From Pavona decussata (Eukaryota): 64,000 nucleotides of DNA. The stretch's first letter is position 1; each line of letters opens with the position of its first letter. The position numbers were made by a program, and so were the translations under genes. The DNA lies in the NCBI GenBank assembly GCA_977016875.1, contig CDRNST010000073.1, positions 248,001-312,000 of the forward strand. Direction: 5' to 3'. Below, piece after piece: positions 37,188 to 50,133 of the stretch. The notes under the pieces are model-generated. The model ran no database searches and was not told the DNA's origin. It was given only the letters and a program-made list of their open reading frames with translations.

Positions 37188-37555
37188 AGGGGAAGTATCA
37201 TACGGTTTATGACCTCTTTTGTTAAAAGTGGTAAAAAAGACCTTCAATTTGCTACAAAATGATTTTAGAACAACGAGAGGAGAGAAATCAACTCAATTCT
37301 TAACAGGAACAACTCGCACTCTGTTCTAGCACATTTTGAAAACAATACGAACTCTTAAAAAACATTAGCCTAACATTATTCAAGTCTCAATCCATTCCGA
37401 CCTGATCTGTCTCTGGCAAGAGGCACTAATCGACAGTTTTATTGCACTGGGGTGATAATTGATAACAAAACTAGACAATTATTTCTTTTGTTTCTGTTGT
37501 CAGACCAACTTTTTGGGGTTTTGAAATGACATCAAATTTTTGTGATACTTTCCCT
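37188..37555. mobile_element. Kolobok-type MITE, same family as 34344-34713, opposite orientation
   Basis: TTAA|AGGGGAAGTATCA...TGATACTTTCCCT|TTAA; its 3' half is the reverse complement of the 5' half of the 34344 copy. Confidence 0.8.
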
Positions 37556-40500
37556 TTAAACCAATCATAATTCATTTCAGATAAGCACCAATGATCACTC
37601 GTCCTAGATCACCGAAACCGCAATCTTGAAAGCGGAGATGGCCCTGAGGTTGTTGGTGAGAACAACTGAGACTTCTTTTGTTCTTCTTGGTGTCTTTATA
37701 TTTTATTTGAAAGAATACTTATTAAAGCTATAAATTATACTATCATGCAAAAAGCTATACTGTTGAAAAAATAAATAAAGATTTTTAAAATGATGAGTAT
37801 GCACCAGCAGGCACTGGCTCGGTTTCTTTCCGTGCCTCGGAGATAATTCTCTCATCACTGGTGAGAACCTTTTTAGTGGATATTTTTGAGATGACATCTT
37901 CTCGGGTTTATTCTTATCATGTTACTCAAATAATATCAAAATGTCAAGACAGCTAGAACAATACCTATACTCTACACGTTTTCATTTCCACCTAGCAAAC
38001 AGCAGATAGTGTGTTTTACTGATAGAACATGCATCAAAGGCTTTTCCGTGAGATGCCGATAATATTTCTACGCAAACATTTAAGATGTACACAAATTGTT
38101 GTGAAGAAGAACTTGCACGTTTAAAAATAAAAGCTAATTTACACGTACTGATTTATCGGCCCGATTACTTTTTTCAGTTACAAGGGCAATTCACAAGTAA
38201 CAATTTGTCGCCCAAATTATTTTTGTTGGTGTAGCGCGGAATGAAAATGGGCCTAGCTATAGTTGAAAAAATCATTAGCATTGCAACACATTTTCCGTCT
38301 CAATTAGCCTTAAGATAAAATAGAACAAGATCAACCCCAGCCACAACAACTAGCTAGCATTGGTATACTACTACTCGCTAGTCAGGAAAATGTTTTACTG
38401 CTTATACGTTGATTCATTCGAAGACGAGAGGAGAAATTGATCATTTCACTAAAAAAAAAAAAGAAAAGACAGCGTCTTTATTTTAATATGTACAAACAGC
38501 GTTCTTGTGAGCTTCACCTCAAGTTAGATTGTTTTAAGCGAATAAATATACAATGAAAGAGCCTCTGAACTTGTGTATTATTGCTAATATTTTAGCTTGT
38601 TAATTATTTTAATGCAATAAAATAAACTGTCCAAACATTTCACAGACAGTGCAAATACTTGAAAAATTTGAAATTATTTGATGTATTTGTCATAGACAGG
38701 GAAATTGATGTACGGGAAGTTGACTATCATCTCGAAGCTCAAAAAAGAAATTCAGTAGAAAGAAAAATATCAATCGAACTACCCAGGGTAATTGTTCATT
38801 ATTTGAAAAGTCTGTTTAAAACTATCTATTTAATAAATTCACTTGATTCACAGCAGTCAATACCATAGCCTGATAGTGACCGCCGTATATTGGTCGAAAC
38901 GTAACCATCTACACCAATACTACGCTACACAATCGTAAGACAAAGCGTTAATATTGAGCTATCATTCCAAACCACGATCAATAACACCATTTGTGACATA
39001 AACTGACCATTTTTGGCGTCTGAAATTTCCTAGTAAAAAAAATGTGTCACCGAAATTTCTTACAACAAGTTACGTATCATTGTGCAAACATTGGGGGTTA
39101 TTGCTTTTAATTGCATTTTCTTGAAATCATTCTTTTGACATCTTGTCAGTATGAGTTTTTACTGTCTGTTGAAGCGAAAATTCATCCCGCTGAACAGCAA
39201 GATAGAAAAACTTCACGAGCACCGAAAATGATTTTATTTGCAGGGTTTTTACAGCTTGCTTCGGAAAAATTTTGTTGGTATCAATGCCGTTAGTCAGAGC
39301 AGTAAGTATCATTACAGTTCTTTCAGATATTAAATTTGTGTATTGTATTGACGAATTTTTCACAAACGCAAATTTCGCAAGTTATCTTGTGAGCAAAGCT
39401 TCTACAGCTCCTCATGTCCCTTGTGTAAGTTAAATTACATGTTGACATTTTCCTGAGTTATATCCTTGCATATAGCCTACAAAAGCTGACAAACTTGGCG
39501 TTTTTTAGTGCGTGTGTGTGTCTCTAAGGGTAAAGCAGAGAAAGTTGAATGTTGGTCGATCGATCGATCTAAATTTAGGAAGTAGTAATTAAGGATTCAA
39601 AAATCCGGATTCAGATTTTCCCAAAGAAACACATCCTAAACTTTGTATTTTCTATATTATTCTTGTGCTTTTCTGGAGCGGTTTTTCCGAGGCTTTGGGG
39701 AAATCAAGGAATCCAAGATGGCGGATAGATAAGGTTAACATGAATGCATGCATTATTGGAGGATCGGAATATTACCGGAATTAACTGTCGCCAGAATTAG
39801 AAAACCATCAAATGCGATGCGTGATAAGTATTGAGTTTGAGTTTGAGTTTGAATTTTATTAAAGGTCTCAAAGGTACATGTACCCTTTTGAATCGTCGTT
39901 GTCAGTTCTTGAAATTCAAAACAAGCTGTTAAAATACAGTTGACGGGCTAATAACGTTACCGGGCACTTTTCATAAGTAAGGGCCGGCTTACTGGAGCGA
40001 ATGGCGTGGAAACCGTCAGTCGCTAAATGAACACGCACTATAAATTTGTATTGTATTCGTACGTGCGTTCTGTTTTCTTGCAGCCTACAGTCGTCGATTA
40101 GAACTAGTGACGATAAAAAAAAGAGAAAAAGAAAAAGAAAAACAGCAACAGACTAGTGATTGCCATCTAACAAATTTCGATCTATTACAAGATTAAAAAA
40201 TTGTATATTCGTAACAAAGTAAAACTTAATTTTTTACAATGATAACATCCTTGTCATCGTTCTTTTCATTTCATATTAATTTCTAAACTATCGGATGTTT
40301 CTGGATTCATTGAATCATTAGTGAAAATTTGTAAAATACTAATTGAATTTTTAGCTGTTTACACATTTTGACGGCCAAATCCCAAATTACTGTAAACAGT
40401 CAGTTTGCCATCAATGTATTCTTTCTAGAACGGAAAGAACCACATGCAAGAGAATGAATACGAATCTTATTCCGGGTTAAAATGGCAACCTTTCTGTTTC

Positions 40501-41144
40501 AGTGAAATAGAGACTCTTTTCCTTAATCGTTAACCTACTTATATGAATCGAAATTCTTCAAGGCTATTCTACTTTACAAATTTAATATAACAATATGAAT
40601 TTTTTGACAGGTTTCGCCGCTATGGGTTAATTGGTTTTTCGCCAGATTTATTTTAAAATTACGGTAGCCAACAATGGAGTATTTTCAAATGTTATATCAA
40701 ACGATTAAAAAATTTTGCTGTGTCAATTATGACAGTACAAGGCTCCAGAAATTCCCAAAAACTACTAACACTATACACAATTTTGGTTAAAAAGAAATGT
40801 TGCTTACATTTTGGAAAATTTTTTTTAAACGCTTGCAAAATCTCGATGGATAAGATAGCAAACCATCTATTTACGTATTTACTCAACAGGGAACTCAATC
40901 TTAACTTGTCAACCTGCCTTTCTCTCAGTTGATTCATTTGATTTATTTTCAGACAGCTGTGAGGCTACAGCAGGGATCTCCTCCTCCGCTAGCCTGAGTA
41001 GAACACACATTCGTTAGACAACAGATTTAGTTTGCGTCGGAGTTTTGCCACATAATAGCCAAAGATATTTGAAGGATAACTTTGGTGGTCATCTTGGAAC
41101 CGACGAGAAAAATAAACAGTTTTAAAAAAGCCGAGGGCAAGAAG

Positions 41145-42242
41145 ATGAATAACACAACTTCTTTTCAACAAGTCGAACATTCTCAACCATCTGTAGAAAT
41201 TGCATCCCTCACCAAAGCCGTAGACATGGTCTATTTAGTGTCAGGAATATATCTCTCAATCATCGCCGCGGTAACAGTATTTGGTAACGGTCTTCTTCTT
41301 CTGGCAATCATCAAGGATCCGTTCAAGGCATTCAGGACACCCACAACAGTTTTTATAGTGGGGCTTGCGTTGGCTGACTTTCTTACTGGGCTCATAGTAG
41401 ATCCATTAACAGCCTTCCTAGACATTGCTTCTTATTTGAAGCTCTTTAACACAAACAATGCCAACATGGCAAAGATTCTAGAAGCCTGTATTCAAGTTAA
41501 CATCCATATTTCGTTTATTACGATGAATGCGTCTTTCCTAATTCTCCTCGCCTTAACAATTTGCCAGTATGTCGCGATATCGTTCCCGCACAAGCATCGC
41601 ACGTTGGTGATTCGCCGAAACACCATCATTGCCCTTGCTGTAATCACAATATATTCCGTTATCTTCTCTCTTCTCTCTGAATTCGAGGTTCCTCTGAGAA
41701 TCAAGCTAGAGATAGACACACATTTGAACACTAACGTGGTCGCGATTATTCTTCTTCTGTGCTATGTACTTCTCTACCGAGCTCATCGCGTGCATCTTAA
41801 CAGCGTGAGTAGTCTGGATGATAACGATAGTCAGAGGAAGCGGAGGAGAGAGCAGCAGCGTGAATTCACCGCCTTGAATCTGCTTCTAGTAATCTTTCTT
41901 CTGATCTTCACCCTGCCATCCATTATCTTTTGGAATCTTATGCTTTACAGCTATTACGACCGGCACTTGTTATCTCTTAGGGAGAATTTAAGACTCGATC
42001 TCTCAAGAGTCCTTACATTTGATGTGCTGGTCATGAAATTCGCCCTGGATCCTTGCATTTACGCTTGGAGACTCTCAAGGTACCGCAGTGCAATCATGAA
42101 TATTATGAGGTGCGGACGTGGTGGACTTGCCGTTGATGACTTTTCCGACGGAGGAAACAGCCAAGAGCGTCCTCAAACCAGCAGTATGTTGATTCCGCTA
42201 AACAATCCTACTCATCGGACAGCATCGGAGATTGAAAGTTAA
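41145..42242 (+). CDS. Orphan class A (rhodopsin-like) GPCR, single coding exon, 365 aa
   Basis: Seven hydrophobic segments; N-terminal NNTT sequons, TM1 GN, TM2 LALAD, TM3 end ICQYVAI, TM6 FTLP, TM7 DPCIY and helix 8 YRSA. A probable 5' UTR splice acceptor (ttttcag) ends at 40952. Confidence 0.92.
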   Translation: MNNTTSFQQVEHSQPSVEIASLTKAVDMVYLVSGIYLSIIAAVTVFGNGLLLLAIIKDPFKAFRTPTTVFIVGLALADFLTGLIVDPLTAFLDIASYLKLFNTNNANMAKILEACIQVNIHISFITMNASFLILLALTICQYVAISFPHKHRTLVIRRNTIIALAVITIYSVIFSLLSEFEVPLRIKLEIDTHLNTNVVAIILLLCYVLLYRAHRVHLNSVSSLDDNDSQRKRRREQQREFTALNLLLVIFLLIFTLPSIIFWNLMLYSYYDRHLLSLRENLRLDLSRVLTFDVLVMKFALDPCIYAWRLSRYRSAIMNIMRCGRGGLAVDDFSDGGNSQERPQTSSMLIPLNNPTHRTASEIES

Positions 42243-42842
42243 AAATGAAAGGATACGACAGTAACAGAAGCAAAAATACCAGAGACGTTTGTTAAATACT
42301 TAACTTCAGAAAATATATGAGCGCGATTTTTTTCTTTCATTTTGAATTAAGTCGAATATTTCCGGTTCTAAAATAAAACAGCAAACCTGCAATGACTGCT
42401 ATGAACTCAAATAAAATTAAACTTAAATTTAACCTAAGGCCACTTTTACCATGACCTTCACTTTAAACTAGCTTTTCATCATAATGATAGTGTATATATG
42501 AGTTCTTGTTATATTACCACTCAGTTAAATATTTCTGAGAAAGTCCGTAAACGGTGAATAACATTGGATGATATGGTCACCTATATATAAAGATTGTTAG
42601 AATAAAAAAGCAGTCAACAAAAATGTAAGAAGGAACCTCTTAGCTACGAAATAGAAACAGATATTATCAATAGTTACGAAACAGAACTAACCATAGCTAA
42701 GCTTTTGAAGTCCCTGAACTATTTTACATATATAATATCAAGAAGAGATGCCGACCTCGGGAAGGGGATGGGGAGCCTTTTAGTGCCTTTCCAAGTTTTA
42801 GTCTTCCATCAATCATCTTTTTTTTGATAATGGTAAATGTAA

Positions 42843-42990
42843 CGGCGCAGTGCGTAGGGTACTCGCCTTTCACCAACATCACTCAGGCTCGAATTTCAGG
42901 TCAAATGTGAATTGAATTTGTTGTTTCGTTGTACGTGCTTTTAAAAAATTCATTTATTCATCCACCTCAGTTTCTTTACTTTAAGTTCTC
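42843..42990 (+). mobile_element. Degenerate tRNA-derived SINE
   Basis: ggcgcagtg...actcgcct...gctcgaattt resembles A-box/B-box head; too decayed to be a tRNA. Confidence 0.45.
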
Positions 42991-43329
42991 ATTTAATGTC
43001 CATACCTCTAGTATGCACACGTATAGTTCAAACATGTCTGACAGTGGAAACTTGTTTCAATTTCAATAAAACCTGTATTTTTAGCAAATGATCCTTGTAC
43101 AATAAGCAGTTTACACCATCAATATAAACGTTCAAGGAAAACATGTTATTAAAATTGTTTCAAATACATCGTTTTGATGTGCATATCCTTCCTTTCCATT
43201 TCGTCTTGATTTTTTTTTTTCTTTCTTTTATTGACAATTGTCTGTAATTTAGAGTAATATGTTTGGTCTTAGTTATACGAAGGGGCCTAATGCCAAGCTC
43301 TTTCACCTTTTATGGGGTACCGGTGGGTG

Positions 43330-44075
43330 TACAAATACAAATATACAAAAACGTAACGTAACGTAATATGGTGTGAAAGTGCAATGTTCATAATTCTTAT
43401 AGCATACAGCAGAATGGTTCTTTGTATATTACTTAAGACTTTGTTTGTCTTAGACCTTCCTAACAAACTGTTCAAGTCATTCTTCACTTTCCTATCGTAT
43501 CCCTCAAGACATCCACGACAATGTTTGTCTGTAGGACTTTGAAACCCTCATTTCTTTCCATCAGTTCTCTCCTCACCGTTCTGTATTTCTCTGTCTTGCG
43601 GGTGTCGGTATCGCGCCTATTTATCCAGCTTGGACACGCCATTTCTACAATATTAATCACTTTCTCCCTTCTGTCAGTGACAACAAGGCCTGGCCTGTTA
43701 CGTACACCCTCCTCTAACAAGTGTCTATCCGTAGAGACAGTGCAATTTCATAGTATTTACACATCAGTATTGTTGCAGTTGCTGTGAGGGCCCTGTCTAA
43801 GGGGTAACTACTTCTCTCTAAACTTTAAGGCTATCAGTGATTCACTCAGAACCCATTTCAATGCATCGTTGTGCCTCCAAAGATACTGTCTCTGTGCCAA
43901 CTCTGGGCATCCAGATAGAATGTCCTCCATTGTTTCAGGATATTAGTGGCACTTTGGGCACAATCTGTCAGATGTCAGTCCTCATTCACACTGCAGATCG
44001 TATAAGTTGATGCTGAAATCCAATTCCTACACCAGTCAAAACAGTCCGAAGTTCTTTCTTGCTTTATTGACGATT
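43330..44075 (-). mobile_element. RLE-type (R4/NeSL-like) non-LTR retrotransposon 3' remnant, truncated by the gap
   Basis: LCPKCH*YPETMEDILSGCPELAQRQYLWRHN (degenerate CCHC knuckle plus RHN) followed by NRPGLVVTD...IVEMACP...KTEKY (restriction-like endonuclease), with stops. Confidence 0.8.
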
Positions 44076-44348
44076 NNNNNNNNNNNNNNNNNNNNNNNNN
44101 NNNNNNNNNNNNNNNNNNNNNNNNNNNNNNNNNNNNNNNNNNNNNNNNNNNNNNNNNNNNNNNNNNNNNNNNNNNNNNNNNNNNNNNNNNNNNNNNNNNN
44201 NNNNNNNNNNNNNNNNNNNNNNNNNNNNNNNNNNNNNNNNNNNNNNNNNNNNNNNNNNNNNNNNNNNNNNNNNNNNNNNNNNNNNNNNNNNNNNNNNNNN
44301 NNNNNNNNNNNNNNNNNNNNNNNNNNNNNNNNNNNNNNNNNNNNNNNN
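44076..44348. other. Assembly gap (N run)
   Basis: Run of n characters. Confidence 1.
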
Positions 44349-45620
44349 TTGAATTTGGGTGCGTTCGATTGACCCTATTCCGGGATAGGAATACATACAA
44401 CGATGGCAAGAAATCCTTCATAAAAGGTTTTAGGAGTTACTGGAGTACGACACGGCTCTTAAATTCTGTGTGTCAGCGATAGTTTGCAGAATCGGCCTCC
44501 CATATTTCTTAAGAAGAGAAATTTAACAGCTATTCCGCAAAAAGGTCAATCGAACACAACCTTAAACTCGAATTGTCCGAGAATCCTACTCTCACCTTTT
44601 TAATAACTATTTTTCATTAATATTTTCATGTCTCATATATCTATACAAGTCATTTCCCTAAATTGTATTTCTGATCTTTGCAGACGCTTTGTTAAGTCAA
44701 CTATATTACTTAATCTCTTTAACATTACCAATAGCACTATTAACCCCTATTATTAAAAACTGGATTATTGTATAATGCAATTCGAGGGATAAGCATAAGG
44801 GAGGTGGGGGAGGGGGAAATATTCCCGACCCTCCCAGCCCCCCTTCCTAAATCCAGCACTGCGGACTACCTTCTGCGGAAATATCATTTTCATTTGTTAG
44901 CCATCTCGTGACCCAATCCTCAGGTTTTTAAATCTACCAATGAGATTGCAAGTTTGAAACTGAGAATGCTGCTTTGATGGTAAAAGCCTTTCCTTTTGGC
45001 ACGAAAGTGCCTGAAATAGAAACCGGCAAATTTAGTTTATGGCAAAATTCAAATTACGTGACCTGGACATCTGAAACCTTCAAGAAATAGCAACTGCTGA
45101 CCTTGAATTAGTGTCATTACTTTGGCCTTTGGGTCTGTTCTTTGAGTTAGGGTTAGTTTTGGGTTAGAGTTGGGCTTTAGTTGTCGTCAAGTCACGTGAC
45201 AAATACGGTAATGTGTTTGTTAAGCGGAAAAGAGTTTGCCCTGAAAGGTTATTTTCAAAACTGCGCACCCCCCTGATTTGCACTTAGGGCTTTGTTTTGA
45301 AATGGAGCTCTTGAAGGCCTGTAACAACTGCTTTCTCAAACTAAATCCTTATTCTTTGCTTCGACTAACACAAAACTTTGCAAAGTAAACTTTGCTTTGG
45401 AGTAGAGAGGAATCAACTTATCGCTTGATTTTTTTAAAATCTTTTCACGAATTATACTCCAAAAAAGAATCAGCTTGTTTCTCGTTTTTTAGCTATTTTA
45501 ACGAATTTGTCACCAGAAAGGAATAAACATATGACTCCTTTTGAGCTAATTACCACCATTATTATTGTTAATATCAATATTCAACTTTTTATTTCTTTAT
45601 TTATTTACTTATTTATTTAC

Positions 45621-45655
<35 letters not shown>

Positions 45656-46396
45656 TTTGTGAACTCTAAAGTAATTTTAATATCTCGAAAAATCTTCTGT
45701 ATGGCTTGTGCCATATAAGCCTTGGCATCTCATTATCGATCTATTACTTATTACTGTGCACTCTCTCGTATTACTATTATTAATAAAAGGACATTATTGT
45801 CAGTAGTAGAATTATCATAAGATTTTGCGCACTTTAGCCTTGACAAGAGCCATAAATCAAGTAATAAATTCACTCCGTTCTGTTCTGAAATTGCTCAATA
45901 TATCTAAAAATCGAACAATAAGGTCATTCCTTTCCACTCAATTTAGAGGAAAACAGAAAATTGGTCAATAAGTTGACCACTTTCTGGTCTCAAGTTAGGG
46001 AAAATTGCCCACTATCGATGTAAGTTCATTCCTTTCTGGTCTAAAATTTCTGGAAATAGCTAAGAATCGAGCAATAAGCTTGTATATCTCTCTTCTCATA
46101 TCCGAGAAAAAAATGAGCAATAAGTATGCTCCGTTCTGGGCGTATTTTCAAGAATTCAATTCATTTTCAAATATCGTCATTCCTTTCTGTTCTCAAATTC
46201 GCGAAATTAGCAAAATATCGGGAAAAAGTTCACTCCCTTCTGAGCTCAGATTCGTAAAAATAGCCAGAAATGTTTTAATAAGTTCGCTCCTTTCTGGTCT
46301 CCAGTTCGTGAAAATAGCTAAAGGTTGATCAATCAGTTCTTTCCTCTCTTAATGTCCAATTCCAGCAACAAATTCATTCCAAGTTTATTAACGAAT

Positions 46397-46400
<4 letters not shown>

Positions 46401-46436
<36 letters not shown>

Positions 46437-46674
46437 ACCCATCGCAAGATACTCGGGCTTCCTATGGGTGGTACCTACTAATACAGGAATATTTTTGCGC
46501 GATTTAAAACTATACGGAGAAAGCAGAACTTACCAAATGCCGTTGGTGTCTCAAAAGAAAATTGGGGGTGACCATGCATTTTTCAGAGAAAATTAAGCTT
46601 CAATTTAGGAAAAAAATTCCATACATTGCTTTATATTTTGGCGCTTTTTAGAGATATTGCTGCTTAATTATCTC

Positions 46675-46713
<39 letters not shown>

Positions 46714-46794
46714 CCAATACGCCTTGCTAAGATCTGCTTTCCCCGCATAGCAATAACCCGCACAAAAATACTTCGGTATTAGTAGGCACCGTCC
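46401..46794. mobile_element. Kolobok-type MITE inserted in a satellite unit
   Basis: TTAA|GGACGGTGCCTACTA...TAGTAGGCACCGTCC|TTAA, perfect TIRs. Confidence 0.9.
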
Positions 46795-47735
46795 TTAAGG
46801 CCAGAAAGGGAGGATCTTCTTGCTCGATTTTCTGCTATTTTTGAAGAATTTGACACCAGAAAGTAATGAACTAATTGCTACATTCTTAGCCATTTTCACG
46901 AATTTGACACAAGAAACGAATAAATTTGTTGCTCCATTTTTAGCTTTTTTCACGAATTTTACGCAAGCAAAGGATGTAGGTGCGGCTCGATTTTTCCGAT
47001 ATTTATACGAATTTGAGACAAGAAAGTAATGAAAGTATTGATCGATTTTTAGCCATGTTCACAAATTTGTGACCAGAAAGGAATGTCCTCAATGTTTGTC
47101 TATTATCAGGAATTTGTGACCAGAAAGAATATCTACTTATTGACTGATTGGGAGGACCGGACGGGAAAGTATTTGGCCCGAGATCATGGCGTACGAACCG
47201 CGCGAATGAACTTGTCAATGAATTTTAGCTATTATCCCGAATTTGAGACAGAAAGGAAAGAACTTGTTGCTCAATTTTCGGCTTTTTCTTTAAAAAAAAT
47301 TGAAAGCAGAAAGAAATTAGCTGAACTTATTACTGTTTTTATTATTTTCTGGAATTTGAGACTTGAAGTATTCGCTCGCAAGATATCAGCTGGAAAGTTG
47401 TATACCGTTACAGAAATCATCAGCATACAATTCTTTAAACGGGAATCGAACACAAAAGTTGATCCTTTTAAAGGACCAATTGGAAGGCAGTAAATGTTTA
47501 CTCAACAAAATGACTTTACATTCAAACGACCAACACAACTGATTTGTAATTATGTCAACAAGCGAACCGAGTTCGCCAAGGAAACTTAACACAAAAACTG
47601 AAGCAAAGTTTTTTTCAAGTCAATTCTCCGGAGATTCCGTGATTGAATACTTGTCCTCAACTAGCTCAGCATATCATAAATATCCCACGCAAATCTATTT
47701 CTTTTAATTAAAAGGGATTTGCTGAAGCAAAGACA

Positions 47736-47971
47736 TGCAAAAATTACAGAGAGATTTAAGGCTCGACGTTTCGGAGTCATCTTGACTCCATTATCAAGAG
47801 AAAAAATCAGTTTGTGAACGCGGATATTTAAATAAGCTAGAGCTGAAAATTAACATATTAATAGATGGTTAAACAAATACTTTAGCGCGAATTGAATTGA
47901 TTTTTTCTCTTGATAATGGAGTCAAGATGACTCCGAAACGTCGAGCCTTAAATCTCTCTGTAATTTTTGCA
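47736..47971. mobile_element. Penelope-type inverted terminal unit with two identical hammerhead variants
   Basis: 47736-47809 is the reverse complement of 47898-47971. Confidence 0.7.
47907..47945 (+). ncRNA. Minimal hammerhead ribozyme motif, U3-A8 core variant (mirror copy at 47762-47800, minus strand)
   Basis: CTC-TTGATAA-T-GGAGTCA(AGA)TGACTCC-GAAA-CG-TC-GAG: perfect 7-bp stem II, stem I CTC/GAG, GUC triplet. Confidence 0.65.
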
Positions 47972-48349
47972 AAGCTATTTCTATTCCTATCTAGCGGCAG
48001 AGTTTACCAAACGCGAATATTTACGATATTATTGTTAGTCTTTTCACATTCTCTTTCTATGTTGTCAGTCACTTATGTTAATTCATTTTAATTATGTCAA
48101 GTTGTTCGCATTAATTATTCTGTTGCTTTTTTCTTGTTGGTTACGTGATGACGGCACTTGCTTTTGATTGGTTTTGCCATGAAGCTATTGTGATTGGCCT
48201 ATATAAGTGCGACACCACCCGGATGGTTTGGGCGGAATCAGTAAACTAAGCGCTCAGTACACAGGGTGAACACTCCTCTTTTGTTAATCAATGAAGCGAT
48301 TGCCTACAGTTCAATACGGAATACAATTATCTCACTATGCAATCACCGG

Positions 48350-48700
48350 TATGAACAAAACAAAACAAAACACAACACAAGGACAACACAATAGGACACA
48401 ACACAAGCACAAAACAAAGGACATGACCCTACTAGCTAAGCTCAAATTCGACTCAACTCCCTCAACACAACACAACAATAGAACACAAGAAACCAAATAA
48501 ACCTAATCAACTCAACTCTATTCAATTTAACACAACTCAATACGACAATGGGAGAACAAAAGAACAAATCAAACAAAATAAACCTACTAAAGTCAACTCA
48601 ACTCACCTCTAGTCAACACAGTACAACAACAGGACACAACATATGAACAACAGAAACAAAGCTACTCAACTCAACAAAACACGACGCAACAATTAAACAT
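48350..48700. repeat. Low-complexity (ACAAC/ACTCA)n pentanucleotide-like repeat
   Basis: Direct inspection. Confidence 0.75.
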
Positions 48701-50133
48701 GAAAAGGATAAACTTATCGAACCAGAAAGGTTAAACATTATAGCTCGATTTCGCTATTTTCTAGAGTCTGAGACCAAAACAAATTTTTAGCTATTTTCAC
48801 AATTTTGAGACCAGAAATTAAAGCAGCGAACTTAGTGCTTGATTTTAACTATTTTCACAAATCTGAGACCAGAAAGGAGCGACCTTATTGCTCGAGTTTT
48901 GGCTACTTCCACGACTTTGAGACCAGAAAGGAATTGTCGGAATTATTACTTGAGTTTTAGCTATATTCAGGAATTAGAGACCAGAAAGGGATTAACATAT
49001 CTCACTGTACGCTATTTTGGCTATAGTTTTGAAATTTGAAATCAGACAGGGATAAACTCATTGCTCGTTTTTTTTTTTTTGGCTATTACCTGAAAGGAGT
49101 AAACTTTTTGTTTCATTTTTAAAAATTTCAACGTATTTTACACCAGAAAGGCTTGATTATGGCTTATGGCTTCTTATGGTCTGATTTTAACTATTTTCAC
49201 GAATTTGCGACCAGACAGGAATGAACTTTTTACTCGATTTTTGCTTATTTTCAAGACTTTGCGACAAGAAAGGGATAAACTTACTGCTTGATTTTGGCTA
49301 TTTGCACTAATTTGCGACCACCAAGAAATGAACTTACTACTCGATTTTTTACTATGTTCAAAAATTTGAGACTAGAGAGGAATCAACTTGTTGCTCGATT
49401 TTCTGCTTTCGTCACGAATCTTAGCATGGAAAGACATGAACTTATTACTCAATTTTTGGCTATTTTCTCGAATTTTCGACAGAAAGAGATTACCTTTTTT
49501 GCCGATTTTTGGCTATTTTCAAGAATTTAAATTTAGTTTATGGCTATTTTCACAAATTTGGGACCAGAAAAAAATCAACTTATTGCTAGCAATAATATCT
49601 TAAATATTCGCTTTCGGTAAAGTCTGCCACTAGATTAGAATAGAAATAGATTCGTGTGAGATATTTATGACATAGTAATCCAGTTGAAGACAAGTATTTT
49701 TAATCACGGATTCTTTGGAAAAAAGACCCGAAAGAATTTTCGCTCCATTCTTCGCATGACGTTTTCTTGGCGATATCGCTTGGCTGGTGTGGACGTTATT
49801 GAAGAACTTAATTGTGTTGATCGTTTGACGTAAAGTCTTCTGTTGAGTAAACTTCAACTGCCTTTCAGTTGGTCCCTTCAAAGCATAACGTTTTAAGTTC
49901 AATTCCCGTACGAAGGTTAAAGGATCCGTATGCAGATGATTTCTGGAATGGTATACATCTTTACTGTTTCTAGCTTGCGCGCGACAATTTCTGGTCTCAA
50001 ATTCTACAAAATTACCAAAAATCGAAACCATTACAGTGCCTGCCGAAGACTTCACATATTTTCCCTGTTGCAGCAAAGAAGCAACAAGCCAGCTTCCAGG
50101 AAAAATAACACAAAGACACAGTTTAAAGAAACT

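Larger units (their letters stand above)
45400..50030. repeat. Diverged 54-bp satellite in blocks of alternating orientation
   Basis: Consensus about GAATTTGAGACCAGAAAGGAATGAACTTATTGCTCGATTTTTAGCTATTTTCAC; units start at 46846, 46900 and 46954. Plus blocks at about 45400-45560, 46385-47370 and 48715-49590; minus blocks at about 45850-46385 and 49985-50030. Confidence 0.85.

Noticed and set aside
38870-38903. Further hammerhead-like motif CTGATAGT-GACC...GGTC-GAAACGTA
   Set aside because: The core deviates at G8/A9 without compensation and stem I is not evident; at best a decayed copy.
42030-42062. TM7 lysine suggesting an opsin
   Set aside because: The Lys is five residues before P7.50 (7.45), not at the retinal-binding 7.43 position, and other opsin motifs are absent.
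46005-49603. Several ORFs with 18-aa periodicity suggesting a repeat protein
   Set aside because: They derive from the 54-bp satellite, occur in both orientations, and are broken by indels and a MITE.
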